DNA of 64,000 bases from a virus, in IMG/VR virus record IMGVR_UViG_3300025423_000001, positions 1 to 64,000 of that record; one strand, given 5' to 3'. Below, piece after piece: positions 13,101 through 21,571 of this stretch (position 1 is the first letter of the stretch; every line of letters begins with the position of its first letter). The notes under the pieces were generated by a model that was not told the DNA's origin, searched no databases, and was given only the letters and a program-made list of their open reading frames with translations. Both the position numbers and the translations under genes were made by a program.

Positions 13101-15347
13101 AAGGACAACGCCAAGCGTGAGGAATACAAGAATATGTACAGCCCCAACGTGTTCTTTGATACAGAGAACACCAAGAAGAGCAATTCTGCTGCCTACGAGA
13201 AGTACGTAACCTTCAGCCCCAAGGGCAGTGAGAAAGCTTTCTGGGATGAGCGGTATGACGACATACAGAAGGATGCCAAGTTGAAAGACATCTATGACAG
13301 ATACAAAGCCTCGATGGACAGGTTCAAGTCATTCCTACCATCCACTGTTCAGGAGAAGATGGGTGCTGAATTCTTGCCCATCATCCATCAAAGTGTGATG
13401 AGTGACAGCCTTGATTTCCCAGCCTATATGAAGACAATGACAGAACGGATGGTGAAAAACCTCGGAGCTGCCAAGTACGAAGAAGATATGAATGCCCGGA
13501 CTTACAACCGTGTACCTATCCAGCACGTAGATGAGAATGAGGCTGAGGTAGTTGACAGGAGTAAAGATTTGATAGGTATTATTGATATGTTCAACATGAT
13601 GGCCACCCACTACAAGTACGCCAGCCAGGCTAAGAGCATGGTGGATATGGGCTCAACCATTCTGAATGAAATCAACAAGGCCCGTCTTGCCGGTACTGTG
13701 CAAGTAGAACAGAATGGCCGGATGGTAACCGTGAACGACAGCCTGAACAACAGCATTGCCGCACTTAAAAACATGGAAGATGTAGTGCTATATCGTAAGC
13801 CTAAGCAGTTAGAAGGCGCTCTCGGCACGCGCATCTATAGTAACAAGACTGAGGAAGGCGAGAAGTTTTCACTATCCCCGTTCGAGCAACGCCGTATCCG
13901 CAAAGAAGTAGATAGGCTGATACTCAAGCGTAAGGCTGTGGAGGACAGGTACAACAACGCGACAGAAGAGGAGCCTTATAGCCAGTCTGAGTTTGAGGCT
14001 GATAGAGATAAGCTGGATGATGAGCTTAGCAAATACACCGGCTACCAGCTGTACGGCTCTAAGATTGGTGACAGGCTCATCAAGATAGCACAGCTCAAGG
14101 CCATGAGTTACAATCCATTCTCAGCCTTTGCCAACGTGACGTTCGGCCTCATCTCCGCAGGCATACACGCCAACGGTAGTACGGATTTCAGCTGGGCACA
14201 CCTTGGGGAAGCCTTCAAACGCTACCACGCGGGAAGGTTTGACAAGGACGAGACAGCCAAGATTACCAACATGATGGACAGGCTGGGTATCATTGGGGAC
14301 TATGTTGACAGCAACTACGGCCAACGCAAGAAGTTTCATGATGAGGTACCGGGCTGGAAACATGCCATATCCCCATTCGAGCTGATGCGCAAAAGCGACT
14401 TCTACATGAAAGCCGTGACCACCATGGCCCTGATGCTCAAGCATACAGTGGAGGTGGAGGAGAATGGGGAGAAGAAGACCATCACCCTTTACGACAGCCT
14501 TGACAAGAATGGCTATTGGGACAAAGAGCGTTTCGGTGCCAGGCCAGAGTGGCACAGCGAAGATGCCAGTGAAGAAACTGCATGGCAGGCTTTCCAGCTT
14601 AAAGCCGGACGGGTTAATACCATCATACACGGCAACCAAGACAAGAGCAGCCCAAAGATGCTCAACAGCTACATACTTGGCCGGCTCATCATGCAGTTCC
14701 GTGGTAGTTGGCTGCCAGAGGGTTGGTATTCACGTTTCCAAGAAGAGCGTTATGATGACCACCTGGATAGGGCTGTGAAAGGAAGGTACAGGACACTCGG
14801 GGGCTTAGGCTTAGGTGGTAGTTTGGCTGTAATGGTTAAGCAACTTCTGAATCTTATTCCTGGTGTGAAAGTAGACCCATTCACCGGCCATGTGATACGC
14901 GGTACGGATAAAATGACAGGAGAACAAACACGGACAATGCTGGAAAACAGTGAAGTAGATATTGACAACATGAAACGGAACTTCGCTGAAGCAGGGTTTG
15001 CCCTGACGCTGACAGCCATGATTATGGGCCTCAAACACTTGCATGAAAAAGATGACGACAAGAAATGGCAGTATATGATGATGATGAACACGCTGATACG
15101 TACGCAGCAGGACATCAATCTGTACTACACACCGGCTGTGTTCGACCAAGTATTTCGTAATCCTATCCCGGCCATGAGTGTGCTCAAGGATTGGGGCGCC
15201 CTTATTCCGGCTTCGGCAAGGCTCGTGACAGATGACCAGTATGAGTTTGACCAGTGGATGCTCAAGTTTACCAAAGCCTTCCCATACCTGAACCACGTCA
15301 ACAGGGTAAAGACGCTTATGACCAAAGACATCAGCCAATTACAATAG
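4134..15347 (+). CDS. Virion-packaged RNA polymerase polyprotein (crAss-like) with zincin-like metalloprotease domain
   Basis: 3737 aa. GSDFDVDK (nt ~8787-8810) is the DxDxD catalytic loop of double-psi-barrel RNAPs, preceded by ARIPNQGHSS. HETMH (nt 11379-11393) plus downstream PTEFIAH fit a zincin motif. Confidence 0.85.
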   Translation: MNCNKVAVPGTDTPSLLYAGLEQKYGEDRALQVWAWAHQRNWAEHDEHGEPTLAAVEAALPQPKAEDEIVNAAKEEEPKDYAHIAQPEPNPLDINPAVLDKQLELTTVKLPDGGYWEASKQEQVVDTIQYGLFNTFPKAMTDAAVQEQIKAKGQTTLSYVKDEILKGFKKMRDQYANIEANKNSKVTPTAVTKERLNSLNAIIHSFDTPRGFWHFTMERLKNMGIEFKSDGTLEEGIKPETLEAMNNEAYEKTGDASKEIDLQDSTGVRDHFVDSFGINQKQTTSTLMKMLMGNVEQSKFSDTANLRTTQITTANPETRKAILAGKKTDLILSSYLSKERWKGPEPIFAKDTINQEATPEEKRRGTQVMTKIDGVTARLSAGNALTEADLTPDFVNRIEREEDYTPQVGDIPMHITLYPKGTTDLVPEKNFLNLNRVADFNEMYAATMGHLVGMEPNFQGYLKALKEAPIPNLRKLAEKLEKQPVHIQNQFVQAFSGQYRKMQMVLVRKADTGFLESRVIDSNQGNELNSIINIWKENQKANEDLWTTDANGKKIINKANVAGLWKELKALNNTFRDSDRKTQEWKEQARALFKKTLDMNGIHLSDEAMTYLWDKFGKGERLNKNSTLSLIGDGFTQEGKPNSMAEALIARMNGKLDNDGEGEEGDVDEDAYKVNNPIYTEQSSMKWLAAAEAKFAKNIHTNTFKNSEGKTIYGYGFNTALSHAVRRFNEDPAAYKATMSESPYNYRSWLFSHKKGIELSYMDGLRNEYGEGDKEGVTRTDMSDREQWATVLALFQSGRFVSLTHSDKTTSPVFGGGILMSPEYVIDKDTNGSPAFSTNVIDDIYQHVFLAEHERMQSQAAHNIKNYDIAKDLFYLLPIFNRESMQEMVKEGRISQGHYNTIWGQDGTINGVDTQNFAPAVKAIIKSHLDEMVEQTLQTWQDSKLLDGRIPLTDKYTRRLLQYMDVHPSGKEWWKKPLDKRTWKDSIDTLIPTDVVRSSALSMVAMHYTANAFLINTGLTQAFFGDPAMAFKPGKQDMTTVEKDGMKVKQVAEGRQEAVVLAALDQYGKRLAKDIAPGADRDYSDNPHYSAITVADYEPIAKELAGVPGYEKGVAGTDAQELITTAEKLYGLWKDGKIDKPTYDRGINIIEAAKGGFYTFENDPQLKGLIFQAGKPMVGGMVADGDVMRYDYVKSSDVALYPPMTAGREIDKLRTAMETQKIDRLAYSSAKKIGAPKDAVSLFSKDGTIDEKVFKSPEWQASVQKLDRANMRIQQEIVHEPDKAHVLIVSQMNKNLTEHLATIRGLLDYKGEHITGARLRQIKEDLVNQMTEKNHQHFLEQTGADERADGSVYLKAPRKFYKVLAEEAATGAGYGNNDLLQLSSFLDGKDELTVPLYLAASASKFEAKMMSMIQKIVKIKVPGHSFVQASSAGFGRITTDEGLDKSGITWVGEPLKSELQTARQDGEGKTIPAQILVSSAHFKRIMGQDIKDFIKDGKLELSDDQKKMMQMVLARIPNQGHSSMLVAEIAGFLPETMADTMMVPMAITKQMGSDFDVDKVYTYNRTPHGGLENDYFDVHWSVLTHPEMYQSMMKPLDIDDAKEEAKLLADKKTSMNYFSPAYQMQDFQSMKGAKVLVGQTSLALTHNAEVQNKDLPLITKTPEGDKQASIVVLDDDGKELHLTHLSGYGVSTYTNSKGEKLQRSKSDNIQIQQSESVDHANNRIVDKLNLTPDTWTASNAISRLQSRDNGTPGKEDFEPGQALPFSFNARLLMQPIIREFSKEMSVSNDSLSNKFIPNVKLSVFDGLRNKYMTELKIELSGKRKELEAIEKPEDKAAMLKTITDEPLPEHIQDIVDNHKFNPEGLHETFLMGQKAKPEAEFYARQLAALSLYEQFDGVGSQIVTLQSVMSQNTRGAGANMLDAWNVVEKRAKLGTNISEPILLGNTQSLFGNNEVGTTYARTIGTATSLYHDILPYHKILPLYGYVQEQAGRGGVDMSPKNKSTIFRALKHFMYSHSELGLYTDAQNERTRLLFSGEGRQSLAARVQEAKMTWGRNDHLLARLSTDINLDGQAPDRVEYSASKVMDGNEQIENERSWLSGLKSEDPKVRGLFEDLIRYNYVTGGLQNARNFVKFIPWAAIEGSGIAAGLRSLDSRLANAAASRALREQIFQHNPEMARQLSRDMSETDRPLKKGKRPGTTFSLDRPIEGGNNRAKSMLVEVTGPDGKKITTLPDYVSYRDGKDMRLYKAVEWGQKVVYRQIDTLGDKKAGIVEYAANATREVRSLVKANRVPDEPALIRGEKIENKSIAQKVMGQVGLPETEGGHADLHTALQRISVDPEQPEYISTMAGMLSKLQRNVVEDTAYSSLFKLDKEFSLRVADLGTGDRARFDSIGNSMVINSQGLSDKTSAAQDIIHETMHYHTGLLYAAYEGPEMWERKGYSEGLKKKLGQVREMIDNNPDFKKKLDALDKVRKEAYEEFSQRVINRIGMDRWKAETSKNEGQFGILHYALSSPTEFIAHLFTHRQTMDFLNGLPANKEGRGLLERVTDALKNIWAHLSKALGIKQGSKMEEAAAHAIDILTHSQLSKADMFDSTAADLSLMNASIWNAAKNPFKADDTPIGRLKGKLEEERRSLIGSQTGLKDPTTRDELRRRIETLKAQHEDLSETADLQRIPVIAKEHLDWVQRVLERENPSRNELTAANSLANLWAYADTIDSTLTGRAVEAIRNLVPKMKDLMIQESGGSLSAASFDQMQDSAAIEAYLRSANQSAKNKPVQWLSTYIEKAVHGEDEEVRRNHIAHMELKKDMVEWGKSHGMGLKEVYGKLTRNESKAWGLVTEHSQTWDDWREELQNKRNGAIRAIDTNQGLTDAEKATHRKRVWDKFWADTREKSVFVDTRKFFDPMTGELKAGEDFDKAHTALVKELGADRADRLVKEAQEKYKKYVEDRTIRMQGLDMDYERDIAIVDAMPEGTPEQKAAKDAARKDVQEKDNAKREEYKNMYSPNVFFDTENTKKSNSAAYEKYVTFSPKGSEKAFWDERYDDIQKDAKLKDIYDRYKASMDRFKSFLPSTVQEKMGAEFLPIIHQSVMSDSLDFPAYMKTMTERMVKNLGAAKYEEDMNARTYNRVPIQHVDENEAEVVDRSKDLIGIIDMFNMMATHYKYASQAKSMVDMGSTILNEINKARLAGTVQVEQNGRMVTVNDSLNNSIAALKNMEDVVLYRKPKQLEGALGTRIYSNKTEEGEKFSLSPFEQRRIRKEVDRLILKRKAVEDRYNNATEEEPYSQSEFEADRDKLDDELSKYTGYQLYGSKIGDRLIKIAQLKAMSYNPFSAFANVTFGLISAGIHANGSTDFSWAHLGEAFKRYHAGRFDKDETAKITNMMDRLGIIGDYVDSNYGQRKKFHDEVPGWKHAISPFELMRKSDFYMKAVTTMALMLKHTVEVEENGEKKTITLYDSLDKNGYWDKERFGARPEWHSEDASEETAWQAFQLKAGRVNTIIHGNQDKSSPKMLNSYILGRLIMQFRGSWLPEGWYSRFQEERYDDHLDRAVKGRYRTLGGLGLGGSLAVMVKQLLNLIPGVKVDPFTGHVIRGTDKMTGEQTRTMLENSEVDIDNMKRNFAEAGFALTLTAMIMGLKHLHEKDDDKKWQYMMMMNTLIRTQQDINLYYTPAVFDQVFRNPIPAMSVLKDWGALIPASARLVTDDQYEFDQWMLKFTKAFPYLNHVNRVKTLMTKDISQLQ

Positions 15348-15371
15348 CAAACAGGCTCCATAGACATGGAT

Positions 15372-15403
15372 AAGTGGAAGTAGGACAGTACCTACTTTCA
15401 CTT
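15372..15403 (+). terminator. Hairpin after RNAP gene
   Basis: aagtggaagtagg-acagta-cctactttcactt inverted repeat. Confidence 0.5.
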
Positions 15404-15407
15404 TCCT

Positions 15408-16196
15408 ATGGCACTAACACCCGTCCTATCACTCGTTTCAATAGCCCCAGATGCAAGCAGCATCACGGTGAAGGACACCACTGGGGCATACAATTCCGGC
15501 ACCAACCCTGGAGGCTATGGTTCACCTAACCTTGCCCAAGGGGATGTTACCACTGTGTTATTCCAGGTATCTTCTTATGGTAACCTGGCTGTGTCAAAGG
15601 TATACTCCCCTTCATCATTCTCAGATTTGTTTGGGACAGGGTTAGGTATTACAGCAGGTAACCTAACAATGGGCAGCGTATTAAAGGATGGTGTGTATGA
15701 AGTCATTTATGATGTGGCAGGGCCGCGTGTAAGTGACGCTGTAACCATTACCCCATTAGACACTTCTTTCCTCCTTACCAATGCCAATACCCTGCTGCAA
15801 ACTGCAGTAGGTTTCATACTACCGGACGTAGACCCAGCCAAAGTGTGGTATGTAGATAGAACCAAGTCTCTATCATCTGCCGGGGGCAGCGTTACGGAAA
15901 AATTCCCAGACACAGGGGTTATCACCGTGTTTGACTGTCAGTTTGTATACGAAAGTGACCTCAAGATACTTATCTCGGCTGCCGGTAATGCCTGCCTCGT
16001 ACAAGACATCGGTAAATGGGCTGACTGCCAGTGTCCTGAAAACACTGATTTTCGCGACATCTGGAAACGGCAGACATACAAGATAGCCCGTGACACCAAG
16101 TTCAGCCAAAATCTTTACTACGACGCCCATAACCTAGCTGTGAAATTGGCATCTTATTGCTCACACTCTAAACCTTCAGGCTGCGGATGTTCATAA
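15408..16196 (+). CDS. Virion structural protein (tail-associated)
   Basis: Beta-rich N-terminus (DTTGAYNSGTNPGGYG), Cys-rich C-terminus, position in late operon. Confidence 0.5.
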   Translation: MALTPVLSLVSIAPDASSITVKDTTGAYNSGTNPGGYGSPNLAQGDVTTVLFQVSSYGNLAVSKVYSPSSFSDLFGTGLGITAGNLTMGSVLKDGVYEVIYDVAGPRVSDAVTITPLDTSFLLTNANTLLQTAVGFILPDVDPAKVWYVDRTKSLSSAGGSVTEKFPDTGVITVFDCQFVYESDLKILISAAGNACLVQDIGKWADCQCPENTDFRDIWKRQTYKIARDTKFSQNLYYDAHNLAVKLASYCSHSKPSGCGCS

Positions 16197-16897
16197 CTAA
16201 CAGTGACATATCAGACAGGTACACCCGTGGTGTCAATGCCATCACGAACATAGCCTACAACAAGTATGGCCGTGACCTCTATGGCATCCAATACCGTAGG
16301 CTGAAGACAGAACGAAAGATACTGCTGCTTCTTACAGCTCTATCCAGCTGGGATAACAGGCCGGGGGCACCCAACGTTCTTACTCTTCGCCAGATGCAGG
16401 CTGTGATGAGTCATCTTGTAACCCTGCCTGCACAAGACCCTGACAGTGACAATGTAACCAGCGCTGACACAAGTGTAGCCTTGGCTGGGCAATCGAATAT
16501 CTCCCTCACTGTACTGGATACGTCCACCATAGACTTAAGTTACAGCAACAATGAGCTTTCAGCCCAACTGAAGGTATCTACAACTGCAGGTAACAGGGCC
16601 ACGGTGAATGCTGACGGACTTTACGTTTCGTCTTCAGCCGATACCATTACCAAACTGCTGACACAAGACAACTTTGATGCTGGTACTAACCGGTACACCA
16701 ACACAGCTTGGGCTGGTAAGAACTTGCTTGTGTGGCATAGGGGTCTCGGTTACCTTCTCTATAACGCAGCCAATCCAAGTGACACAACTAATGAAATCAG
16801 CATACAAGACACGGGTGGGTTTACCATCACCATCCCTGGCTTCAATGTACACGATGGAACCAATTACTTCTACGTAACAATCACAGACTATGCGTAA
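16187..16897 (+). CDS. Putative tail-associated protein
   Basis: Overlaps both neighbours; beta-strand-rich C-terminal half. Confidence 0.45.
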   Translation: MFITNSDISDRYTRGVNAITNIAYNKYGRDLYGIQYRRLKTERKILLLLTALSSWDNRPGAPNVLTLRQMQAVMSHLVTLPAQDPDSDNVTSADTSVALAGQSNISLTVLDTSTIDLSYSNNELSAQLKVSTTAGNRATVNADGLYVSSSADTITKLLTQDNFDAGTNRYTNTAWAGKNLLVWHRGLGYLLYNAANPSDTTNEISIQDTGGFTITIPGFNVHDGTNYFYVTITDYA

Positions 16898-19800
16898 ACT
16901 ACTGATAGCCATAGGCATTTTACTGGCTTCTTACTCAGCCTTTGCACAACCCGTAAGGGAAACATCCCCGTCTTCTATCACCAGCCTTGTACAAAGAGGC
17001 ATGTTTGGCAAAGACTTATATCTACCTAAAGTACGTACAGCTCCTTCTGGGACACCTGCTTCTATAACTGGGGGTGTGGACAGTGTTGGCGCTGAAGTAT
17101 TCTGTTTGGCCGATAGCCTTACTTACCTCTATGTAGGTGGTGGAAATTGGATACGGAGTACTCCATCGGTAAGCGGTAAGGTTAATTATACTGACACATC
17201 CAGCATGTTAAGCCCGTACCAACGCGCTACTTTTGCGGTAAAATACGCCGACACAGCCTCCATGCTAAGCTATTACTATCGCTCTAACAATCCAAGTGGG
17301 TATATAACCAGTTCTGCAATTGCTGGCAAAGTAAATTACACAGATACTGCGACTATGTTGAATGGGTACTACCGTTCAACCAACCCTGCTGGCTATATTA
17401 CAAGTGCAGCCATATCTGGAAAATTGAATGTTAGCGATACTGCTGCGATGAATGCGCGTAATACGTTGGCTTACGTGCTTAACAATGGAAACATTGGATA
17501 CAAAAGTATATACATAGGCAACACCATACTTGGCAGTGATACGATTTCATTTAATGGTACCGGCCCAATAACCATCACCACTTCCAATACCAAAGATGTT
17601 GTTATCACTACCAACAACCTACGGGTAAATGATTACGCTACTTATTTTACCGGCGCTGGTGGTGTAATTGCACCATATTACGTAACAAATTATTATAGTG
17701 GTATAGTTTTTGACGGGGGAACAGGAGTAACTAATGTTGGCGCTGCTTTTCCTGGAGTTGGCGCTAATAACAGGCTTGTTTTTCCTGCAAAATCAGATAC
17801 AATAGCTACAAAAGGTGATATTATATCAAAAGTAAGTAATTACGTAACTAAAAACACAGTTGATACAATAGTATCTTCTAAAAACTTTTTTTCTGTTTTA
17901 GACTTTGGAAGTATTTCAAATGTAACAAAATACGGTGTAATAATAACTCCAAATATAATAAACAATACAACAGGAGATATAGCAATAGCTCTTCAGGTAA
18001 ACGGAACAACAAACATAAGTAGTAACCTAATTGTAGGAACAGCAACAAGCAGTCCTATAGTTCAAGCTCAAACAAAAATAATATCAGGGCATTATTCTTC
18101 TTATGGAAATGGTGTTTTACTTTCAAATGGTGTAATAGTTGGTGGAAGTGGATACACAAATGGCTCTTATACAAATCAAACACTAACAAGTTCTACAGGT
18201 ACATTAACAGGAGTTTATGTAACAGTAAGCGGTGGTTCTGTTACAAATATAATATACGGCTCCAATAGTAGCGGATTTAACTTAAGCGATACAATTAGGT
18301 GGCCCGCTGGTACAGGTACAGGGTTTTATACTTTAGCTACAAATGTTACAGGAGGTATTTATATAGATAGCTTTGGAACAACTAATTCATTTATAAGATT
18401 TGTAGATAAAAGTAAACACCTTTTAATAAATTATTCTAATTACGCGGATACCGGAATTTATAATTTAGACGTAAATGGAAAAGCAAGAATAAATGATTTA
18501 TTAAACTTGCCAAATATATCAACAGGAACAGCAGCAAATGGACTTTATTTAGACGCAAGCGGAAATGTGATAAAAGGAGTAACTCCAATAAACTTAACCA
18601 ATTTGTCTGCTTCATCACCGCTTGCATATAACAACAGCACAGGGGCTTTTTCTATTCAACAAGCAAATACCTCACAATCAGGGTATTTAAGTAGCACGGA
18701 TTGGAATACATTTAATGGTAAACAATCAGCAGGTAACTACATCAACAACGTATATTTAAGTGGCACCCAACAAAACCCCGCAGATATTTCAATAACCGGT
18801 AGTGCAAGGTTTGGGGGTAGTTATGCAAAACCTTTCTTTTGGTTTGATAGTTCAACCAATCGGCTTAATGTTTCTGCAACAGGCTCGCAGCCAACTTCAA
18901 ATATTGGGCTTGTTAACATTACAGATTCATCCGCAAGCAATCCGTTAACTATAACCGAATTGGGTCGTTATGCGACAGTAAATGTAAATGATAAAACTGG
19001 TAATCGCTTCCAATTTGGTTATGATACTTTATTTGGTAATAGTTATATTTCTTCACAAAGTTCGGTGCCGTTATCGTTGCAATACAATGGCAACGAAAAA
19101 GAAAAAATTACTGGTAACGGAGTAATTATATCAAAATTGAACATTGGCGGTGCTGATAGTGTCATTCCTTCGGGCATTTTTATAGCGCCGGGTAACATTT
19201 TTCGGCATTATCAAAGCACAAATACTATTACAAATGCTCAGTATTTATCTGGTGCTTTTACAAATAATGAGTATAGATTTTTAACCCAAGCATCCGGTAC
19301 TGGTAACGCTCCAACTTTATTAGTAGGAAATTCTACAATAATGGGAACTTACTACGACAACGCTGGCCAACATACGGGGTCTAGTTTTAAAATCATGGAT
19401 ACCATTGGCGCAACAAACAATAATTCAATACTTGGAATAAAGCAACTTATTGGCAACCTTACAGGTTCAAGTGGAACACAAATATTGTCGACTGACTACG
19501 CAACGATAAATCAAACATCATCGGCTGGGTATATACTGCACAGGTTTTTAGCTTATGAGCAAGGCACTGGGGGGGGCGTAAAAAAGCTTTCCAGTTGGGC
19601 AACTACAAATGCGCTCAACGGTGCTGGTTCAATAACCGAAATGGCAAGCATAGATAATGCAGGTAATGGTTTATTTGCTGGTAGCGTTGGGGTGGGTTCT
19701 GTTTCTTCTAACAATGCCAGCGCAGCCTTACAAGTAACAAGCACAACGCAAGGGTTTAGGCCGCCTACCATGACTACCACCCAACAAAATGCGATTACCA

Positions 19801-20204
19801 GCCCTGCTACAGGATTGCAAGTATATAATACTACAAATGATAACCCAAGTTATTATGCTGCAAGTATAGGAGGCACGGCTGGGTGGGCAGGTTATCAGCC
19901 AATTACTAAAGTGGTCGCTGCTGCAACAACAGGAACCGTAACGGCTACATTAAACAATGTTAGTGTATGGACGGTTACCCCAACAGGCGCAATAACGTTT
20001 AATGCAAGCGGCGGTGTTGCCGGGCAGGAAGCCACATTGGTGGTAACCACAAGCGGCACAACGGCATATACTATCACGTTTGGAACCAATTTTAAAACAA
20101 CTGGCACACTAAGCACCGGCACCGTAAGCGGCAAAGTGTTTACCGTTGGTTTTGTGTATGATGGCACCAACTGGAACGAAAAAGGGCGTACAACAGCTAT
20201 GTAA
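16890..20204 (+). CDS. Tail fibre/adhesin-like protein with N-terminal signal peptide
   Basis: G/S/T/N-rich 1104 aa, repeats, SSTDWNTFNGKQ and GFRPPTMTTTQQNAITSPATGLQVYNTT segments typical of Bacteroidetes fibre-like proteins; signal MRKLLIAIGILLASYSAFAQ. Confidence 0.65.
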   Translation: MRKLLIAIGILLASYSAFAQPVRETSPSSITSLVQRGMFGKDLYLPKVRTAPSGTPASITGGVDSVGAEVFCLADSLTYLYVGGGNWIRSTPSVSGKVNYTDTSSMLSPYQRATFAVKYADTASMLSYYYRSNNPSGYITSSAIAGKVNYTDTATMLNGYYRSTNPAGYITSAAISGKLNVSDTAAMNARNTLAYVLNNGNIGYKSIYIGNTILGSDTISFNGTGPITITTSNTKDVVITTNNLRVNDYATYFTGAGGVIAPYYVTNYYSGIVFDGGTGVTNVGAAFPGVGANNRLVFPAKSDTIATKGDIISKVSNYVTKNTVDTIVSSKNFFSVLDFGSISNVTKYGVIITPNIINNTTGDIAIALQVNGTTNISSNLIVGTATSSPIVQAQTKIISGHYSSYGNGVLLSNGVIVGGSGYTNGSYTNQTLTSSTGTLTGVYVTVSGGSVTNIIYGSNSSGFNLSDTIRWPAGTGTGFYTLATNVTGGIYIDSFGTTNSFIRFVDKSKHLLINYSNYADTGIYNLDVNGKARINDLLNLPNISTGTAANGLYLDASGNVIKGVTPINLTNLSASSPLAYNNSTGAFSIQQANTSQSGYLSSTDWNTFNGKQSAGNYINNVYLSGTQQNPADISITGSARFGGSYAKPFFWFDSSTNRLNVSATGSQPTSNIGLVNITDSSASNPLTITELGRYATVNVNDKTGNRFQFGYDTLFGNSYISSQSSVPLSLQYNGNEKEKITGNGVIISKLNIGGADSVIPSGIFIAPGNIFRHYQSTNTITNAQYLSGAFTNNEYRFLTQASGTGNAPTLLVGNSTIMGTYYDNAGQHTGSSFKIMDTIGATNNNSILGIKQLIGNLTGSSGTQILSTDYATINQTSSAGYILHRFLAYEQGTGGGVKKLSSWATTNALNGAGSITEMASIDNAGNGLFAGSVGVGSVSSNNASAALQVTSTTQGFRPPTMTTTQQNAITSPATGLQVYNTTNDNPSYYAASIGGTAGWAGYQPITKVVAAATTGTVTATLNNVSVWTVTPTGAITFNASGGVAGQEATLVVTTSGTTAYTITFGTNFKTTGTLSTGTVSGKVFTVGFVYDGTNWNEKGRTTAM
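17173..17450 (+). repeat. Imperfect protein repeats (K-V-N-Y-T-D-T-x-x-M-L) in fibre N-terminus
   Basis: GKVNYTDTSSML / VKYADTASML / GKVNYTDTATML / GKLNVSDTAAM, with two YYRSxNPxGYITS copies. Confidence 0.7.
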
Positions 20205-20227
20205 ACTATAACCTAAAATAATATTTT

Positions 20228-20581
20228 ATGTATTTCAAATTATCGGGCAGCACAACAGCAAACAACACCGTCAACGCTGTAAGCGGTGCAACAGGAAATC
20301 CATGGTGGGTAAATTTTCAACCCACGCAAAACGAATTTTGGTTTGCAGATATAAAACCAGAAGATTTAAACAGCAATGTAATGGTGCAGGGTACGTTAAC
20401 GCAATTTGCCGCCGATGGTATTACGCCGTTAATGACCTTAACGATGTATGTGCCTATTTTAGGTTCAACATTGGCCAGTTTTGGCGGTACGGGCGGTGTT
20501 GCAGTAAACATAACCGCTTTAAACACCTTTTTAAGCACCATTGTACCATTTAATGTATCAACATTTTTACAACAATCATAA
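20228..20581 (+). CDS. Hypothetical protein (fibre-associated)
   Basis: ORF downstream of fibre with the same AT-rich composition. Confidence 0.5.
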   Translation: MYFKLSGSTTANNTVNAVSGATGNPWWVNFQPTQNEFWFADIKPEDLNSNVMVQGTLTQFAADGITPLMTLTMYVPILGSTLASFGGTGGVAVNITALNTFLSTIVPFNVSTFLQQS

Positions 20582-20590
20582 ACTATACCT

Positions 20591-20854
20591 ATGAAATCTA
20601 TCCAACCAAAAACAATTCACACAGGAGGGCTTACTGGAACTGATATAACAGCAACGCAGATTGCAGTCGTAATCGAAAGAGATGATTTGGCCACTAATTG
20701 CCAACTCGTGTTCCAACTGTTTGATACCGCTGGCAATCCGGTATTAGAAGCCGAGCATTGTACTATGGATGGGAGTGATTACCAGAACTGGAACGGCAAT
20801 AACGACTACCCTTATACTTACATCGCTAATCGGTACAGTCTCACACTTGTTTAA
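20591..20854 (+). CDS. Putative tail fibre assembly/chaperone protein
   Basis: Small ORF after fibre with DYQNWNGNNDYPYTYIA C-terminus. Confidence 0.45.
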   Translation: MKSIQPKTIHTGGLTGTDITATQIAVVIERDDLATNCQLVFQLFDTAGNPVLEAEHCTMDGSDYQNWNGNNDYPYTYIANRYSLTLV

Positions 20855-20863
20855 TCTCAGACT

Positions 20864-21553
20864 ATGTACACAAACTATGAATTTTTCAAGCAAAGGTTAG
20901 CAGCTTTAGGAATAGCTCACTTTCCAATTGATAACAGCCTTACCCCAGAGTTTACTGCGGCTATCACCAGTCTACAAAAAAGTCATGGGTTAGAGCCAGT
21001 AGGCTATATTGGGCCAAAGACACTTGATTTGCTTGTAGCCAATGCCTATCCTGAACTGCCTGCTATTCCTTATGTCCATACTTCTGTACCTGAGCAAGCT
21101 GTGATAGATTACTTAAATAGTGTCCAAGAAACTCCAGAGGTAAAGCGCAGCGCCTACATACTGTGGGCAAATGAAAGTGCGCACGGTAAGAGTGGCATCA
21201 ACGGGAATTACGTAGGTGCCCAGGCAGATGTTGCCCGTTGGCCCAGCCAATTTGATGACACTGTATATGCTACTACCATCAAATGTGAGAACATGACTAG
21301 CAACCCTCGGAGGTTTCTTGTATTCAATAGCTGGCAACTGGGTATAGAATTCTTGATAAACCGGGTGCAAAGCCGGGGCCTCTTCATAGGTGGCCACGCA
21401 CACCCGTATAGCAATATGGACGTAGATGATGTGGAAGAGTTTGCCAAGGCATACTGGGATGAGTGGGTGGAAGGCGACCATAGTGACCCTCCTGCTGCAG
21501 AAGTAGCAGACATTGTTGGGCTGTATAAAAAGGCTGCAGCTTATTTTCCGTAA
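20864..21553 (+). CDS. Endolysin: peptidoglycan-binding domain plus glucosaminidase(GH73)-like domain
   Basis: AITSLQKSHGLEPVGYIGPKT is a PG_binding_1-like motif; NESAHGKS..GNYVG..FLVFNSW resembles the GH73 catalytic pattern. Confidence 0.7.
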   Translation: MYTNYEFFKQRLAALGIAHFPIDNSLTPEFTAAITSLQKSHGLEPVGYIGPKTLDLLVANAYPELPAIPYVHTSVPEQAVIDYLNSVQETPEVKRSAYILWANESAHGKSGINGNYVGAQADVARWPSQFDDTVYATTIKCENMTSNPRRFLVFNSWQLGIEFLINRVQSRGLFIGGHAHPYSNMDVDDVEEFAKAYWDEWVEGDHSDPPAAEVADIVGLYKKAAAYFP

Positions 21554-21571
21554 ACTCTAAACACACATACC

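Noticed and set aside
200-15367. Numerous minus-strand ORFs opposite the giant genes
   Set aside because: Antisense shadows of codon-biased real genes with Ser/Leu/Phe-rich junk composition
16890-20854. Diversity-generating retroelement acting on the fibre
   Set aside because: No reverse transcriptase and no template/variable repeat pair seen in this window
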